A DNA stretch of 64,000 nt from Thermodesulfobacteriota bacterium. GTDB lineage: Bacteria > Desulfobacterota_D > UBA1144 > Nemesobacterales > Mycalebacteriaceae. This document shows, in pieces, positions 18,808 through 28,388 of the stretch (positions are counted from its first letter, which is position 1; the number at the start of each line of letters is the position of its first letter). The position numbers were made by a program, and so were the translations under genes. A model generated the notes under the pieces. That model made no database searches, was not told where the DNA came from, and saw only the letters and a list, made by a program, of their open reading frames with translations. The DNA lies in contig OZ245366.1 in assembly GCA_965226585.1 (NCBI GenBank), positions 800,001 to 864,000 of the forward strand, read 5' to 3'.

Positions 18808-20214
18808 ATGAACGGACGGAAAAAAATTGCCGTTATCGGCGGCGGAATAGCCGGGCTTGCCGCCGCCCTTGAAGTCTGCGCGGATGCGGAAGTTGAGATT
18901 CTTGAGGCGGCGGGTTCGGTGGGCGGAGTTGTTTCCACTTTGCGCGAGGGCGGGTTTGTTATTGAGCGCGGTCCCGACTCTTTTTTCTCTGACGAAGAGA
19001 CGGCCGGGTTTCTTTCAAAAATCGGCATTTCAGGCGACCGTCTTGTTGCCGCTTCGGAACGCGGACGCAGGGTTTTCATAATGAGCAACGGCCGGGCGGT
19101 CGCGCTTCCCGAAGGTTTTTTTATGACGGCTCCGCGCAAACTCGCGCCTTTTCTCGCAAGCCCGCTTTTTTCATTTTCCTGCAAGTTGAGAACTCTTGCC
19201 GAGTTTTTTGTTCCCGCCCGCAGGGGCGGCACAGAGGAGAGCGTTGCCGATTTTGTGCGCAGAAGATTCGGCGATGAAATTTTAGCAAAAGCCGCCGCCC
19301 CGCTTGTGGGCGGAATATATTGCGCCCCGCCCGAAGTTTTGGGCGCGGAATCCGCTCTGCCGGAGTTTGTCGCCATGGAGAGAGCGCGCGGAAGCGTGCT
19401 TCGCGGCTTGCTCGGTCGCGGAGAAGGGAAGGGCGAAAGCGGGGCGAGATTTGGCAGGTTTTTCTCTCCGGCGGGAGGGATGTCGGAAATAGTTGAAGCC
19501 GCCGTCCGCGCGCTTCCGCAAAACTGTGTCAGAACTGGTTTTGAGGTTTCATCTCTTGTTAAAAAAGGCGGGGCGTGGGAGATAGTTTCAAACAAAGGCG
19601 AAACGGCGCGGGCGGACGCCATTGTTGTTGCCGCGCCGTGTGGAGCCGCGTCTTCAATGCTTTCGGACACAGACGCGGAACTGTCGGCTCTGCTTGCGTC
19701 TGTCAGATATTCATCCTGCGCGGTGGCAAGCCTTGCCTATGGCAACGACTTGCTCACCGGAGTTCCGGACGGGTTCGGGGTTCTGTTTCCGGACACGGAG
19801 CCGGGGAGGGTTTTTGCGTGCTCTTTTCTGAGCCGGAAATTTCCGGGCAGAGCGCCCGGCGGGCAGACGATTATAAGGTTTTTTATGGGCGGCGATGATG
19901 TGTGCGGTTTGTCCGGTGAAGAGATAGTTTCGCGCGCGCGGGATACGGCTCGCGAAGTTTTCCGCGCTTCGGGCGAGCCCTCGGTCGCGGCGGTTGGAAA
20001 CTACCGCCGCCGGATGCCCGTTTACGAACCGGGGCATAAAGAACTTGTGAGCCGCATAATGAACGCCGCCCGCAGAACGGGCGGAATCGCGCTTGCGGGC
20101 GCGGCATACGGCGGGGTCGGAATACCGGACTGCATACGCGGCGGCAGACGGGCGGGCGCAGACGCGCTTGGGCTCGCAAGCCGTGATTTGAGAAAACCGC
20201 GAGGAGAGGGGTAA
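18808..20214 (+). CDS. hemY: Protoporphyrinogen/coproporphyrinogen oxidase HemY
   Basis: IGGGIAGLAAA FAD motif, IERGPDSF, ESVADFVRRRFG, YGGVGIPDCI. Confidence 0.92.
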   Translation: MNGRKKIAVIGGGIAGLAAALEVCADAEVEILEAAGSVGGVVSTLREGGFVIERGPDSFFSDEETAGFLSKIGISGDRLVAASERGRRVFIMSNGRAVALPEGFFMTAPRKLAPFLASPLFSFSCKLRTLAEFFVPARRGGTEESVADFVRRRFGDEILAKAAAPLVGGIYCAPPEVLGAESALPEFVAMERARGSVLRGLLGRGEGKGESGARFGRFFSPAGGMSEIVEAAVRALPQNCVRTGFEVSSLVKKGGAWEIVSNKGETARADAIVVAAPCGAASSMLSDTDAELSALLASVRYSSCAVASLAYGNDLLTGVPDGFGVLFPDTEPGRVFACSFLSRKFPGRAPGGQTIIRFFMGGDDVCGLSGEEIVSRARDTAREVFRASGEPSVAAVGNYRRRMPVYEPGHKELVSRIMNAARRTGGIALAGAAYGGVGIPDCIRGGRRAGADALGLASRDLRKPRGEG

Positions 20215-20249
20215 AATAAGCCCGATTAAATTCCAGTTGGAGGTGATTT

Positions 20250-21011
20250 ATGAGGCTTAAAGGAAAAGTTGCTTTAATAACGGGCGGAAGCCTGGGGCTT
20301 GGAAAAGCCACGGCGATTCTGTTCGCTCAGGAAGGGGCGGCTGTCGTGATTACCGGCAGAACCGAGAAAACGCTTCAGGATGCGGCTTCGGAAGCCGAAA
20401 ACAAGGGAGTAAAAATAGAGTATCTCGTGAGCGATGTTGCCAAAGAAGACGACTGCAAAAGCGCGGTTGAGGAGACGGTGAAGCGGCACGGACGCGTAGA
20501 CATTCTTTTCAACAACGCCGGAGTTCTCTCAGGCGCTCCCACGCACGAGACGGCGATTGAGGAGTGGGACAGGATTTTTTCAATCAACGTGCGCGGAACC
20601 TTTATGATGTCCAAGTTCACAATTCCGCACATGCTTGCCGCGGGCGGCGGGTGCATAGTGAACAACTCATCCGTTCTCGGTCTGAAGGCGGTCGCGGGAT
20701 TTACTTCCTATGTTTCTTCAAAGGGCGCGGTTACTCAGCTTACAAGGGCAATGGCTCTTGACTACGCCGGGCAGGGCATAAGGGTGAACGCAATATGCCC
20801 GGGCGCGATTGTGACTCCCATGGTAACAAACATAATTGACTCCATGGAAGACAAGCAGGCGGCCGAAGATTTGCTGACCTCTTTTCACCCGGTCGGGCGT
20901 ATGGGAGAGCCGGAAGAGGTGGCAAAGGCGATGCTTTTCCTCTGCGAGGACGGCGTTGGCTTTATGACCGGCACGATGCTTTCCGTTGACGGCGGCTGGA
21001 TAGCAAAGTAG
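20250..21011 (+). CDS. Short-chain dehydrogenase/reductase
   Basis: TGGSLGLG, NNAG, YVSSK, GIRVNAICPG; GGAGG RBS. Confidence 0.93.
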   Translation: MRLKGKVALITGGSLGLGKATAILFAQEGAAVVITGRTEKTLQDAASEAENKGVKIEYLVSDVAKEDDCKSAVEETVKRHGRVDILFNNAGVLSGAPTHETAIEEWDRIFSINVRGTFMMSKFTIPHMLAAGGGCIVNNSSVLGLKAVAGFTSYVSSKGAVTQLTRAMALDYAGQGIRVNAICPGAIVTPMVTNIIDSMEDKQAAEDLLTSFHPVGRMGEPEEVAKAMLFLCEDGVGFMTGTMLSVDGGWIAK

Positions 21012-21025
21012 CGGTTCTGTTTCTT

Positions 21026-21097
21026 GCCGACGTAGCTCAGTGGCAGAGCAGCTCACTCGTAATGAGCAGGTCAGGGGTTCGACTCCCCTCGTCGGCT
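21026..21097 (+). tRNA. tRNA-Thr (CGT), CCA not encoded
   Basis: Acceptor GCCGACG/CGTCGGC, TAGCTCAGTGG D-arm, anticodon arm GCTCA-CTCGTAA-TGAGC, GGTTCGACTCC T-arm. Confidence 0.95.
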
Positions 21098-21113
21098 TTC
21101 ACGGCAACATTAT

Positions 21114-21479
21114 ATGAACGATTTCACCGTACAGAGAAGGGATATGAAAACCGCTTTTTCAAAGGCGCGAGTTTTCGCGGTGAGCAGAAAGATAGTTCCC
21201 GGCTCCGGCGGTTTTGATGCGGTCGTGGAGGGAAAACTTGGCGACGCGGGCGTTCGCACGGTTCTGTTTGACAGGGCGGACGAGGTTGCCCCGGACGGAA
21301 CGGTTTTTCTGGCGTTCAGCGTTGAAGACACTCCGGTTGCGGACAGGTCGGTTTTTTTTGCCGCTCCGGCGTCCGCGCCTCTTGAAGTGAAGATGCTCTG
21401 CGCCTACGTTTCAAATCTGGACGGGCATGAAGCCGCGCGGGAGATGGCGGATTTGATAATAACGGCGAAGAAGTCATAA
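21114..21479 (+). CDS. Small protein with KdsC/HAD-like C-terminus but no catalytic DxD
   Basis: AAPASAPLEVK..CAYVS...G..AAREMADLII.AK resembles the KdsC C-terminus. Confidence 0.45.
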   Translation: MNDFTVQRRDMKTAFSKARVFAVSRKIVPGSGGFDAVVEGKLGDAGVRTVLFDRADEVAPDGTVFLAFSVEDTPVADRSVFFAAPASAPLEVKMLCAYVSNLDGHEAAREMADLIITAKKS

Positions 21480-21496
21480 TTTCGGCAATTTCAGAT

Positions 21497-21925
21497 ATGG
21501 AAAAGATAAGCGGAAAAGATATAAAAGAAGTGAAGAAGGCGCAGGAGATGTTCTACGAAGCCCTGAACAAAGCCGACATTGAAATGATGGAGCAGGTGTG
21601 GGTTGCCGGCGGTCGGGCGAAGTGCATCCACCCGGGCTGGCCCGTGATAAAGGGCTGGGACGCCATAAAGGCGAGCTGGATGAGCATTTTTGAATCAGGC
21701 GAACTCGCGAGCATAGAGATGTCTGATGTGATGATTGATGTTGGCGAAAAGGCGGCTCTTGCCAACTGTGTTGAGAAACTCAACCATTTTGTTGAAGGCA
21801 ACGTGGTTGTAACCTTCGCGCAGGCGACAAACATATTTGAGATTACCGACAGCGGCTGGAAAATAACTCTTCACCACGCGTCCCCGATTCCTGTAAAATC
21901 AACGCCGGAGGATGAATTACAATGA
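21497..21925 (+). CDS. NTF2/SnoaL-like domain protein
   Basis: FYEAL..AD...M..VW, CIHPGW....GW..I..SW, ATNIF....GWKI..HHASP. Confidence 0.88.
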   Translation: MEKISGKDIKEVKKAQEMFYEALNKADIEMMEQVWVAGGRAKCIHPGWPVIKGWDAIKASWMSIFESGELASIEMSDVMIDVGEKAALANCVEKLNHFVEGNVVVTFAQATNIFEITDSGWKITLHHASPIPVKSTPEDELQ

Positions 21926-22170
21926 TGACACTTGAAGAATTTCGCGCCGTTCTCGGATGGTGCGCCCTGATAAATTACGGTCTGATTATTTTGTGGCTGT
22001 TGTTTTTCAAGATGGCGCACGGGTGGATGTACAAACTTCACGGAAAGTTTTTCAACATGACGCCGGAGAAGTTTGACTCCTCACACTTCAAACTGATGGG
22101 GATTTTCGAGATACTGGTTCTCGTTTTCAATCTGGTTCCGTATCTCGTCCTGCGAATTGTGTTTGGCTGA
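21922..22170 (+). CDS. Small membrane protein (DUF6868-like)
   Basis: LGWC.LINYG....W...HG.FF....E.FD..H......E.LV.VFNLVPYL. Confidence 0.7.
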   Translation: MMTLEEFRAVLGWCALINYGLIILWLLFFKMAHGWMYKLHGKFFNMTPEKFDSSHFKLMGIFEILVLVFNLVPYLVLRIVFG

Positions 22171-22176
22171 AACGCC

Positions 22177-22839
22177 CTAAACGCTGTTTATAAAAACCGC
22201 CTGTTTGTTGAATCTTCCGTCCAGAGCGATGTCAACAACCGCTTTTGCGAGTTCCGGGGCGCGCACTTTTGAGCCGGTCAGTTTTGACGGCGTTATGTTC
22301 GCGTCTCTCTCGTAGTCTCCGGGCACTATCCAGGGCGGGCGCACGACCGTCCAGTCAAGTTCGCTTCCTTTGAGAATTTCGTATTCCTTCTGTTTGTCCG
22401 CGAGCATTTTTTTCAAGTTCCCGCTTGTTTTGGCGAACAGATAAGCCGCCGCGCTGAAAAACTTTCCCCTGACGCTGAACTTGTCTTCCGGCACGGAAAC
22501 GCTTGCGCCTGAAACCGTTACGTAGCGCGATATTCCCGCCTCCGGCATAAGGCGCGACAGGTGGAGCGCGGCGCTTGAATGAACCTTAAATCCGGTCTGC
22601 AAATCTCTGGGACCGAGAGCGGCAACAACAATATCCGCCCCCCGTATCAGTTCCGCTACCGCAAGCGGGTTTGTCGCGTCACCCTTAATTATCTCAATTC
22701 CGCCGCCCGGGTCTTCGGGAAGGGCGGGCATTTTGCGCGGGTCTCTCACAAGGGCGCGCGCTTTATGCCCGGCGCGCAGGCAGTATCGCGCCGTCAGCAT
22801 GCCGGTGTTTCCGGTCGCGCCGAAAATGGCAAAGGTCAT
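22177..22839 (-). CDS. NAD(P)H-binding atypical SDR (flavin reductase/BLVRB-like)
   Basis: AIFGATGNTG, ALVRDP, SELDWTVVRPP. Confidence 0.88.
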   Translation of the reverse strand: MTFAIFGATGNTGMLTARYCLRAGHKARALVRDPRKMPALPEDPGGGIEIIKGDATNPLAVAELIRGADIVVAALGPRDLQTGFKVHSSAALHLSRLMPEAGISRYVTVSGASVSVPEDKFSVRGKFFSAAAYLFAKTSGNLKKMLADKQKEYEILKGSELDWTVVRPPWIVPGDYERDANITPSKLTGSKVRAPELAKAVVDIALDGRFNKQAVFINSV

Positions 22840-23858
22840 TCGGCTTCTCTCTCTCTTATCTCTTCAAGCATCATCCCCGCTCTGTTCACAAGAGTTCGCA
22901 CGTTTTCCCCCGTAACCGCGGAGATGGCGACCGCTTCAATCCCTTTTCCGGCAAGAATCTTTTTCAGTCGCTCCGTGTTTTCCCCGGCTTCGGGAATATC
23001 GGTTTTGTTCAGAGCCACTATCTGTGGTTTGTTTGCGAGTTCGCGGTTGTGCAGACGCAGTTCAGAGTTTATTTTTTCGTAGTCTTCAAAGGGATCCCTT
23101 TTCGTGAACGGCGACATATCTATCATGTGGATAAGAAGTTTTGTTCTCTCAACATGACGCAGAAAGCGCGTTCCAAGCCCCGCTCCTTTGTGCGCCCCTT
23201 CAATAATTCCGGGTATGTCCGCCATTATGAAGGTTTTGTAGTCGCCCCATTTGACGACCCCCAGATTGGGAACAAGGGTTGTGAACGGGTAGTCCGCTAT
23301 TTTGGGTTTTGCCGCAGACGCTTTTGATATCAGCGTTGATTTGCCCGCGTTTGGAAATCCCGTTATCCCGACATCGGCAAGCAGTTTCAACTCAAGAAAA
23401 ATTTCCGCTTTCTCTCCGGGTTTTCCGTCATCCGCTCTGCGCGGAGCCTGATTTGTTGATGTTTTGAAACTCGCGTTTCCTCTTCCGCCGCGCCCGCCTT
23501 TTGCCGCCGTAACGCTGTCTCCGGGCGCGCTCAAATCTGCCATAATTTCCCCGGTCTCAAAGTTTTTCACCGTTGTTCCGACCGGAACCGTTATCACCAT
23601 TTCCTCTCCGCCGCCGCCGTGTTTGTCGCCGCCGCCGCCGTGAGTTCCGCGTCCGGCGCGGTAGTGTCTTTTATATCGGCAGTCAAGAAGAGAGCCGACT
23701 TGAGGGCTTGCCTTGATTACAACATCCCCGCCATTGCCGCCGTTACCGCCGTTTGGACCTCCTCGCGGAACGTGTTTTTCCCGCCGGAAGCTCATGCATC
23801 CTTTGCCGCCCGCTCCGGACTGAACGTATATCTTCGCTTCGTCTATAAATTTGACCAT
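22836..23858 (-). CDS. obgE: GTPase Obg/CgtA
   Basis: Gly-rich Obg domain, GFPNAGKS, YPFTTL, DIPG, NKTD. Confidence 0.97.
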   Translation of the reverse strand: MVKFIDEAKIYVQSGAGGKGCMSFRREKHVPRGGPNGGNGGNGGDVVIKASPQVGSLLDCRYKRHYRAGRGTHGGGGDKHGGGGEEMVITVPVGTTVKNFETGEIMADLSAPGDSVTAAKGGRGGRGNASFKTSTNQAPRRADDGKPGEKAEIFLELKLLADVGITGFPNAGKSTLISKASAAKPKIADYPFTTLVPNLGVVKWGDYKTFIMADIPGIIEGAHKGAGLGTRFLRHVERTKLLIHMIDMSPFTKRDPFEDYEKINSELRLHNRELANKPQIVALNKTDIPEAGENTERLKKILAGKGIEAVAISAVTGENVRTLVNRAGMMLEEIREREAE

Positions 23859-23915
23859 TTGAACGCTGTATTATACTTGCTTCAGTTTCACCGCAGGCGG
23901 AGCGGCTGAGCAAAA

Positions 23916-24800
23916 ATGAGTAAAAACATAAAATTCGGCTTGTGCCTTCCAATCAGGATTGACACGGACGCAGGCTTCTGCGTTGACCTCGCGGTGAGGG
24001 CGGAGGCGTTGGGTTTTGATTCTGTCTGGGCGAGCGACCACACGGTTATTCCCTCAAGCAGGGTGGGCAGATTCAGCAGGGTTTTTCACGACCCTTTTGT
24101 TCTTCTCTCCGCCGCCGCCGCGCGCACAACAAGAATAAAAGTGGGGCTGAGTGTTCTCATCGCCCCTTACAGAAATCCCCTGATTGCCGCAAAATCGGTT
24201 GCCACTCTTGATGAAGTTTCAAAGGGAAGGGCGCTTCTGGGCGTGGGGGCGGGATGGATGAAGAGAGAGTTTGACATTCTCGGCGCGGAGTTTGAAAGGC
24301 GCGGCGCGTACACAGACGAGGCGATAGATGTGTTCAGGGAATTGTGGGGTTCAGACACACCGGAGTTCAGTGGAGAGTTCACGGAGTTTTCAGACATCGC
24401 TTTCTATCCGAAACCCTTAAGCGGCGGAAAACTTCCGATATACGTGGGCGGCAACGGGGAGAAGTCCGCCGCCCGCGCCGCGCAAAAGGGAGACGGATGG
24501 CAGCCGACCGGAATGTCGCCCGCCGGATATGCTGAAAAAAGCGCGTTTATAAAGAACGCCGTCAAAGGGCGGAGCGATTTTGTTTTCTCCGTGAGAAACC
24601 GCGTTTCTTTCGGCAGTGAAAGCGCGAAGGGCTCTATGTACACCTTTTCCGGCGATGCCGGCAATGTATGCCGCGAAGTGGAAAAGTTTTCTGAAGCCGG
24701 AGTAACCCTTGTTCTGTTTGACCCCGAAGCGGATACAACGGAGGGGATAACGGAGATTGTGGAGATTCTCGGCTCAGACATTCTTCCGCGCTTCCGGTGA
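23916..24800 (+). CDS. LLM-class flavin/F420-dependent oxidoreductase
   Basis: AEALGFDSVWASDH, DPFVLL.AAAART.RI, LGVGAGW..REF. Confidence 0.88.
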   Translation: MSKNIKFGLCLPIRIDTDAGFCVDLAVRAEALGFDSVWASDHTVIPSSRVGRFSRVFHDPFVLLSAAAARTTRIKVGLSVLIAPYRNPLIAAKSVATLDEVSKGRALLGVGAGWMKREFDILGAEFERRGAYTDEAIDVFRELWGSDTPEFSGEFTEFSDIAFYPKPLSGGKLPIYVGGNGEKSAARAAQKGDGWQPTGMSPAGYAEKSAFIKNAVKGRSDFVFSVRNRVSFGSESAKGSMYTFSGDAGNVCREVEKFSEAGVTLVLFDPEADTTEGITEIVEILGSDILPRFR

Positions 24801-24819
24801 TGGCGGCGGGTCGCGGTTT

Positions 24820-25239
24820 CTATTTGACCTTCACGGGTTTTATCCCGCTTTTGTCGGCTATCTCTTTTATGATGCCGTTCCAGTAGACCCACCAGTGGGA
24901 ATCCTCTTTGTGATTGCCAAGTTGCTGTTGAGCGTAGAGCAGGGCGTGCTCCGGTTTGTTCTGATACAGAAGCAGTTTTTCCGCCGCCTCTTTTATCTCT
25001 TTCTCATCAACGGGGATTGCGTCAAGTTGTGTCTGGAGAGCGTTTTTTATCGCCGCTATCTCCCCAAGCACAACATCCATTCCGTCTGCTATGCGCTCGC
25101 ACTGCGGCTCCACATCGCCTTCAAGAGACGGGTTTTGCTTTTTCATCAGGTCGGAAAAATCGCGCAGTTTGTCCGCCGTGTCGCGAGCCTTGTTTGTCTC
25201 TATGATTATCTTTGTTATCGCTTTTGCGGTGAGAGCCAT
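24820..25239 (-). CDS. Hypothetical helical protein
   Basis: 139 aa ORF with AAGGAG RBS; no recognised motif. Confidence 0.7.
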   Translation of the reverse strand: MALTAKAITKIIIETNKARDTADKLRDFSDLMKKQNPSLEGDVEPQCERIADGMDVVLGEIAAIKNALQTQLDAIPVDEKEIKEAAEKLLLYQNKPEHALLYAQQQLGNHKEDSHWWVYWNGIIKEIADKSGIKPVKVK

Positions 25240-25333
25240 TTTGTTACTCCTTGTTCCCTGCGATTCTTTCCGCCCGGAACGCTGTAAATATATTACGCGG
25301 GAATGCGGTTTGCCAAAAAACAGGCGTTTGATT

Positions 25334-26095
25334 TCAGGAAGCGAAGAAGAGAAAAACAGCGGACGCCGCTATGAAAGGGGCAAACGGAAACGGACGCGAG
25401 AAACTCTCCCCGCGTTTTTTCAAGTACACAAATCCGCCCGCCGCCCCGAGAGCGGAAGCGGCAAAAATCACAAGCAGCGCGCCTTCCGCTCCCGTGAAAA
25501 CACCCGCGCCCGTCATAAGTTTCACGTCTCCCATTCCCATTCCGTCTCTTTTCCTTACCGCCCTGTACGCAAGCGCGGCGGCAAGCAGAACCCCTCCGCC
25601 CGCCGCACCGCCGCTAACGGCGCGAGTGAAAGAATCTGCGGGGATTGAAAGCGCGATTCCCGCAACGGCAAACGGCACGGTTATGAAGTCGGGAACCGTC
25701 ATGGTGGTCAAGTCAAAAGCCGATGCGGCTATAAGAGCGTAGAGAAAAATAAAGCATCCCAGCCCGTCAAGCGAGAAGCCGCCCCACTTGACGGCGGCAA
25801 AAGCGGCAAGGGCGCACAGGGTTTCAAGCGCGGGGTACAAAAGCGGAATTTTCTCTCCGCAATCCCGGCACCGTCCGGCGCAGAAAAGAAATCCGGCAAC
25901 CGGAATGTTGAGATAAAACGGAACCGGCTTCCCGCACGTTTCACACGCTGAAGGCGGCGAGATTACGGAAATCCCGCGCGGCACACGCCGGACGCAGACG
26001 CACAGAAAGCTTCCCATCGCTCCGCCCGCAAGAATTGCCGCCGCGGTTGCCAGCGTTTGAAAAAGCGCGGGGAAGGGCGGGGCGAGGCTATCCAT
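25334..26095 (-). CDS. pilD: Prepilin peptidase (A24 family, PilD-like)
   Basis: GSFL..C..RVP, CETC/CRDC Zn motifs, FDL, GMGDVKL, PFAPFI; start reassigned to ATG 26095, overlapping the cdc48 stop. Confidence 0.88.
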   Translation of the reverse strand: MDSLAPPFPALFQTLATAAAILAGGAMGSFLCVCVRRVPRGISVISPPSACETCGKPVPFYLNIPVAGFLFCAGRCRDCGEKIPLLYPALETLCALAAFAAVKWGGFSLDGLGCFIFLYALIAASAFDLTTMTVPDFITVPFAVAGIALSIPADSFTRAVSGGAAGGGVLLAAALAYRAVRKRDGMGMGDVKLMTGAGVFTGAEGALLVIFAASALGAAGGFVYLKKRGESFSRPFPFAPFIAASAVFLFFAS

Positions 26096-28283
26096 TTTTT
26101 CGCGCGCGTTTTCGGGGAGCGGATTTCTCCCGGACTTCATCAAGAGCCCGCAGAAAATGGGAGTTTGTTATCCTGAACGCTTTCCGGCTGTCTTTTATCT
26201 GCTCACTAATGGCAAAGATTGACGCCTTGTCGCACACAAGTTTTATGTCTGCCCCGGACATTCCTTTCATCTTCACGGCAAGCGTTTTGAGGTTCACATT
26301 TTTCGCGAGCGGTTTTTCGCCGTTGTGTATGCGGAGAATTTCCCGTATGCCGCCAAGGTCGGGAAGGGGGATGTTGAATATCAAATCAAATCTGCCCGAG
26401 CGCATCAGGGCGGGGTCAACTATGTCTCTGCGGTTTGTTGCCGCAAGCACCTGCACATCAGACAGTTCCTCTATGCCGTCCATCTCGGCAAGCATCTGGC
26501 TCACAACCTGCCCGGAAACGCGGCTTCCGTCTGACTCGCTTCTGACCGGGGCGAGGGCGTCTATCTCGTCAAAAAAGATTATCGCCGGAGCAACCTGCCG
26601 CGCCTTTGAGAAAACATTTCTTATGGCGCGTTCCGATTCCCCGACATATTTTGAAAGCAGTTCCGCGCCTTTTACGGATATAAAATTAACACCGCACTCA
26701 TTGGCAAGAGCTTTCGCGATGAGGGTTTTCCCCGTTCCCGGCTCGCCGCAAAGCATTATGCCTCGCGGCGGATTTACCCTTGCCGCCTTGTAAAGGTCTT
26801 TATGTTTCAGCGGCAGAATGACAGATTCGTAAAGGGCGTTTTTTATGTCTTTCAGTCCGCCGATGCTTTCAAGTCCGGCTTCCGGTATATCAACCGAGAT
26901 TTCCCTTATGGCAGACGGCTCAACCTCTTTAAGCGCGCCGGTAAAGTTTTCCATTGAGACAACCGGCGCGGGCGCGGCGGCTCCGTTTTTCTTTCCTTTT
27001 TTTCCGGCGCGGATTTTTTTCGCTTCTTCGTAGTCGCCGTCAAAACCTTCAAGGAATTCCCCAAGCGCCTTCATCCCGGACTCCTTGCAAAGCATTTCAA
27101 TGTCTGCTCCGGTGAAGCCGTTTGTCATTTCCGCTATGCGCTGAAAATCAACGTTGTCCGCAAGCGGCATATTCCCGCAATGTATTTTCAAAATCGCGGC
27201 TCTGGAAAGCACATCGGGAACATCAATCACAACCTCTCTGTCAAACCTTCCCGCCCGCCTCAGCGCGGGGTCTATAAGCTCCGGAAGGTTGGTGGCGCCG
27301 ATGACTATAACGTTCTCCTTTTTCTTCAGTCCGTCCATCATCGTGAGAAGCTGGGCGACCACTCTTTTTTCCACCTCTCCGGCAACTTGTTCTCTGCGCG
27401 GCGCGATGGCGTCCAACTCGTCAAGAAAGATAATGGACGGCTGTTTTTTCTCCGCGAGGTCGAAAATCTCGCGTATGCGCGCTTCGCTTTCACCGTAGTG
27501 TTTGTGGATGATTTCGGGACCGTTGACTATTTGGAAGTTCACTCCCGTTTCGTGAATTGCCGCTTTGGCGAGCATGGTTTTTCCGCATCCCGGAGGCCCT
27601 ATGAGAAGAATTCCTCTGGGCGGCTCTATGCCGAGGCTAGAGAAAATTTCGGGAAAACGTATGGGGATTTCAACGATTTCGCGGATTTTGTTTATCTGCT
27701 TTTTAAGTCCGCCTATGCGTCCGTATCCGGTTCCGGCGGTGTCGTCTCCGCTGTTTTCGGGAACTCTCGCTATGCTTATCTCCGTTGTTTTCTCAACGAT
27801 AACCGGGTCGGGTGAGGGCGGAACGGTGCTGATAACGTATATCTCTTCACTCTCTTTTGCCCGCCGCGCCGGTTTTCCGCCGCCGTTCAGCCCCATGCCG
27901 AAACGGTCTCCGGCGTTCAGCGCGAAACCCAGAAGGTTTGAATGAATCGCCTCTTTGCCGTCTCTCTCGTAGAGAACGGTTTTATCCGACACGGCAACGG
28001 TAACGCGCCTGGCGGTTTTGAAGGAAGACCGTCTGATTATCACAAAATCGTTGATTTCGGAACGCGCGTTTTTGCGCGTGAAGGCGTCAATTTCAATGAT
28101 GTTTTCGCTTGTTCCGCCTTCCTCTTCAAGAGGAACAACTCTCGCAACCGTTTTTCTTTTGCCGCCTATCTCTATGGCGTCAAGCGGTTCAAGGCCTAGT
28201 TCGTGCATATTGTTGCGGCTGAGTCTGGCAACGCCTTTGCCCATCTCTTCGCGGTCTATTTCTGAAATTTTGAGCGATATCAT
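26088..28283 (-). CDS. CDC48/VCP/VAT-family AAA+ ATPase (N-domain plus two AAA modules)
   Basis: N-domain GVARL....M.ELGL...D.IEI.G; GPPGCGKT/FLDELD/LRRAGRFD; GEPGTGKT/FFDEID/LMRSGRFD. Confidence 0.92.
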   Translation of the reverse strand: MISLKISEIDREEMGKGVARLSRNNMHELGLEPLDAIEIGGKRKTVARVVPLEEEGGTSENIIEIDAFTRKNARSEINDFVIIRRSSFKTARRVTVAVSDKTVLYERDGKEAIHSNLLGFALNAGDRFGMGLNGGGKPARRAKESEEIYVISTVPPSPDPVIVEKTTEISIARVPENSGDDTAGTGYGRIGGLKKQINKIREIVEIPIRFPEIFSSLGIEPPRGILLIGPPGCGKTMLAKAAIHETGVNFQIVNGPEIIHKHYGESEARIREIFDLAEKKQPSIIFLDELDAIAPRREQVAGEVEKRVVAQLLTMMDGLKKKENVIVIGATNLPELIDPALRRAGRFDREVVIDVPDVLSRAAILKIHCGNMPLADNVDFQRIAEMTNGFTGADIEMLCKESGMKALGEFLEGFDGDYEEAKKIRAGKKGKKNGAAAPAPVVSMENFTGALKEVEPSAIREISVDIPEAGLESIGGLKDIKNALYESVILPLKHKDLYKAARVNPPRGIMLCGEPGTGKTLIAKALANECGVNFISVKGAELLSKYVGESERAIRNVFSKARQVAPAIIFFDEIDALAPVRSESDGSRVSGQVVSQMLAEMDGIEELSDVQVLAATNRRDIVDPALMRSGRFDLIFNIPLPDLGGIREILRIHNGEKPLAKNVNLKTLAVKMKGMSGADIKLVCDKASIFAISEQIKDSRKAFRITNSHFLRALDEVREKSAPRKRARKNG

Positions 28284-28388
28284 CTTCGTGGAAATGATAC
28301 ATCAGAACAGAGAACTGTTAAACCGGCGCGGGCGGAGGGTGTGGGCGCGGTGTTGATTTTTCCCCGTTCTCAATTCACACTTCCAATC

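Noticed and set aside
21026..21120. tRNA-Thr as an integration site of a genomic island
   Set aside because: No duplicated tRNA 3' end and no integrase seen in the window.
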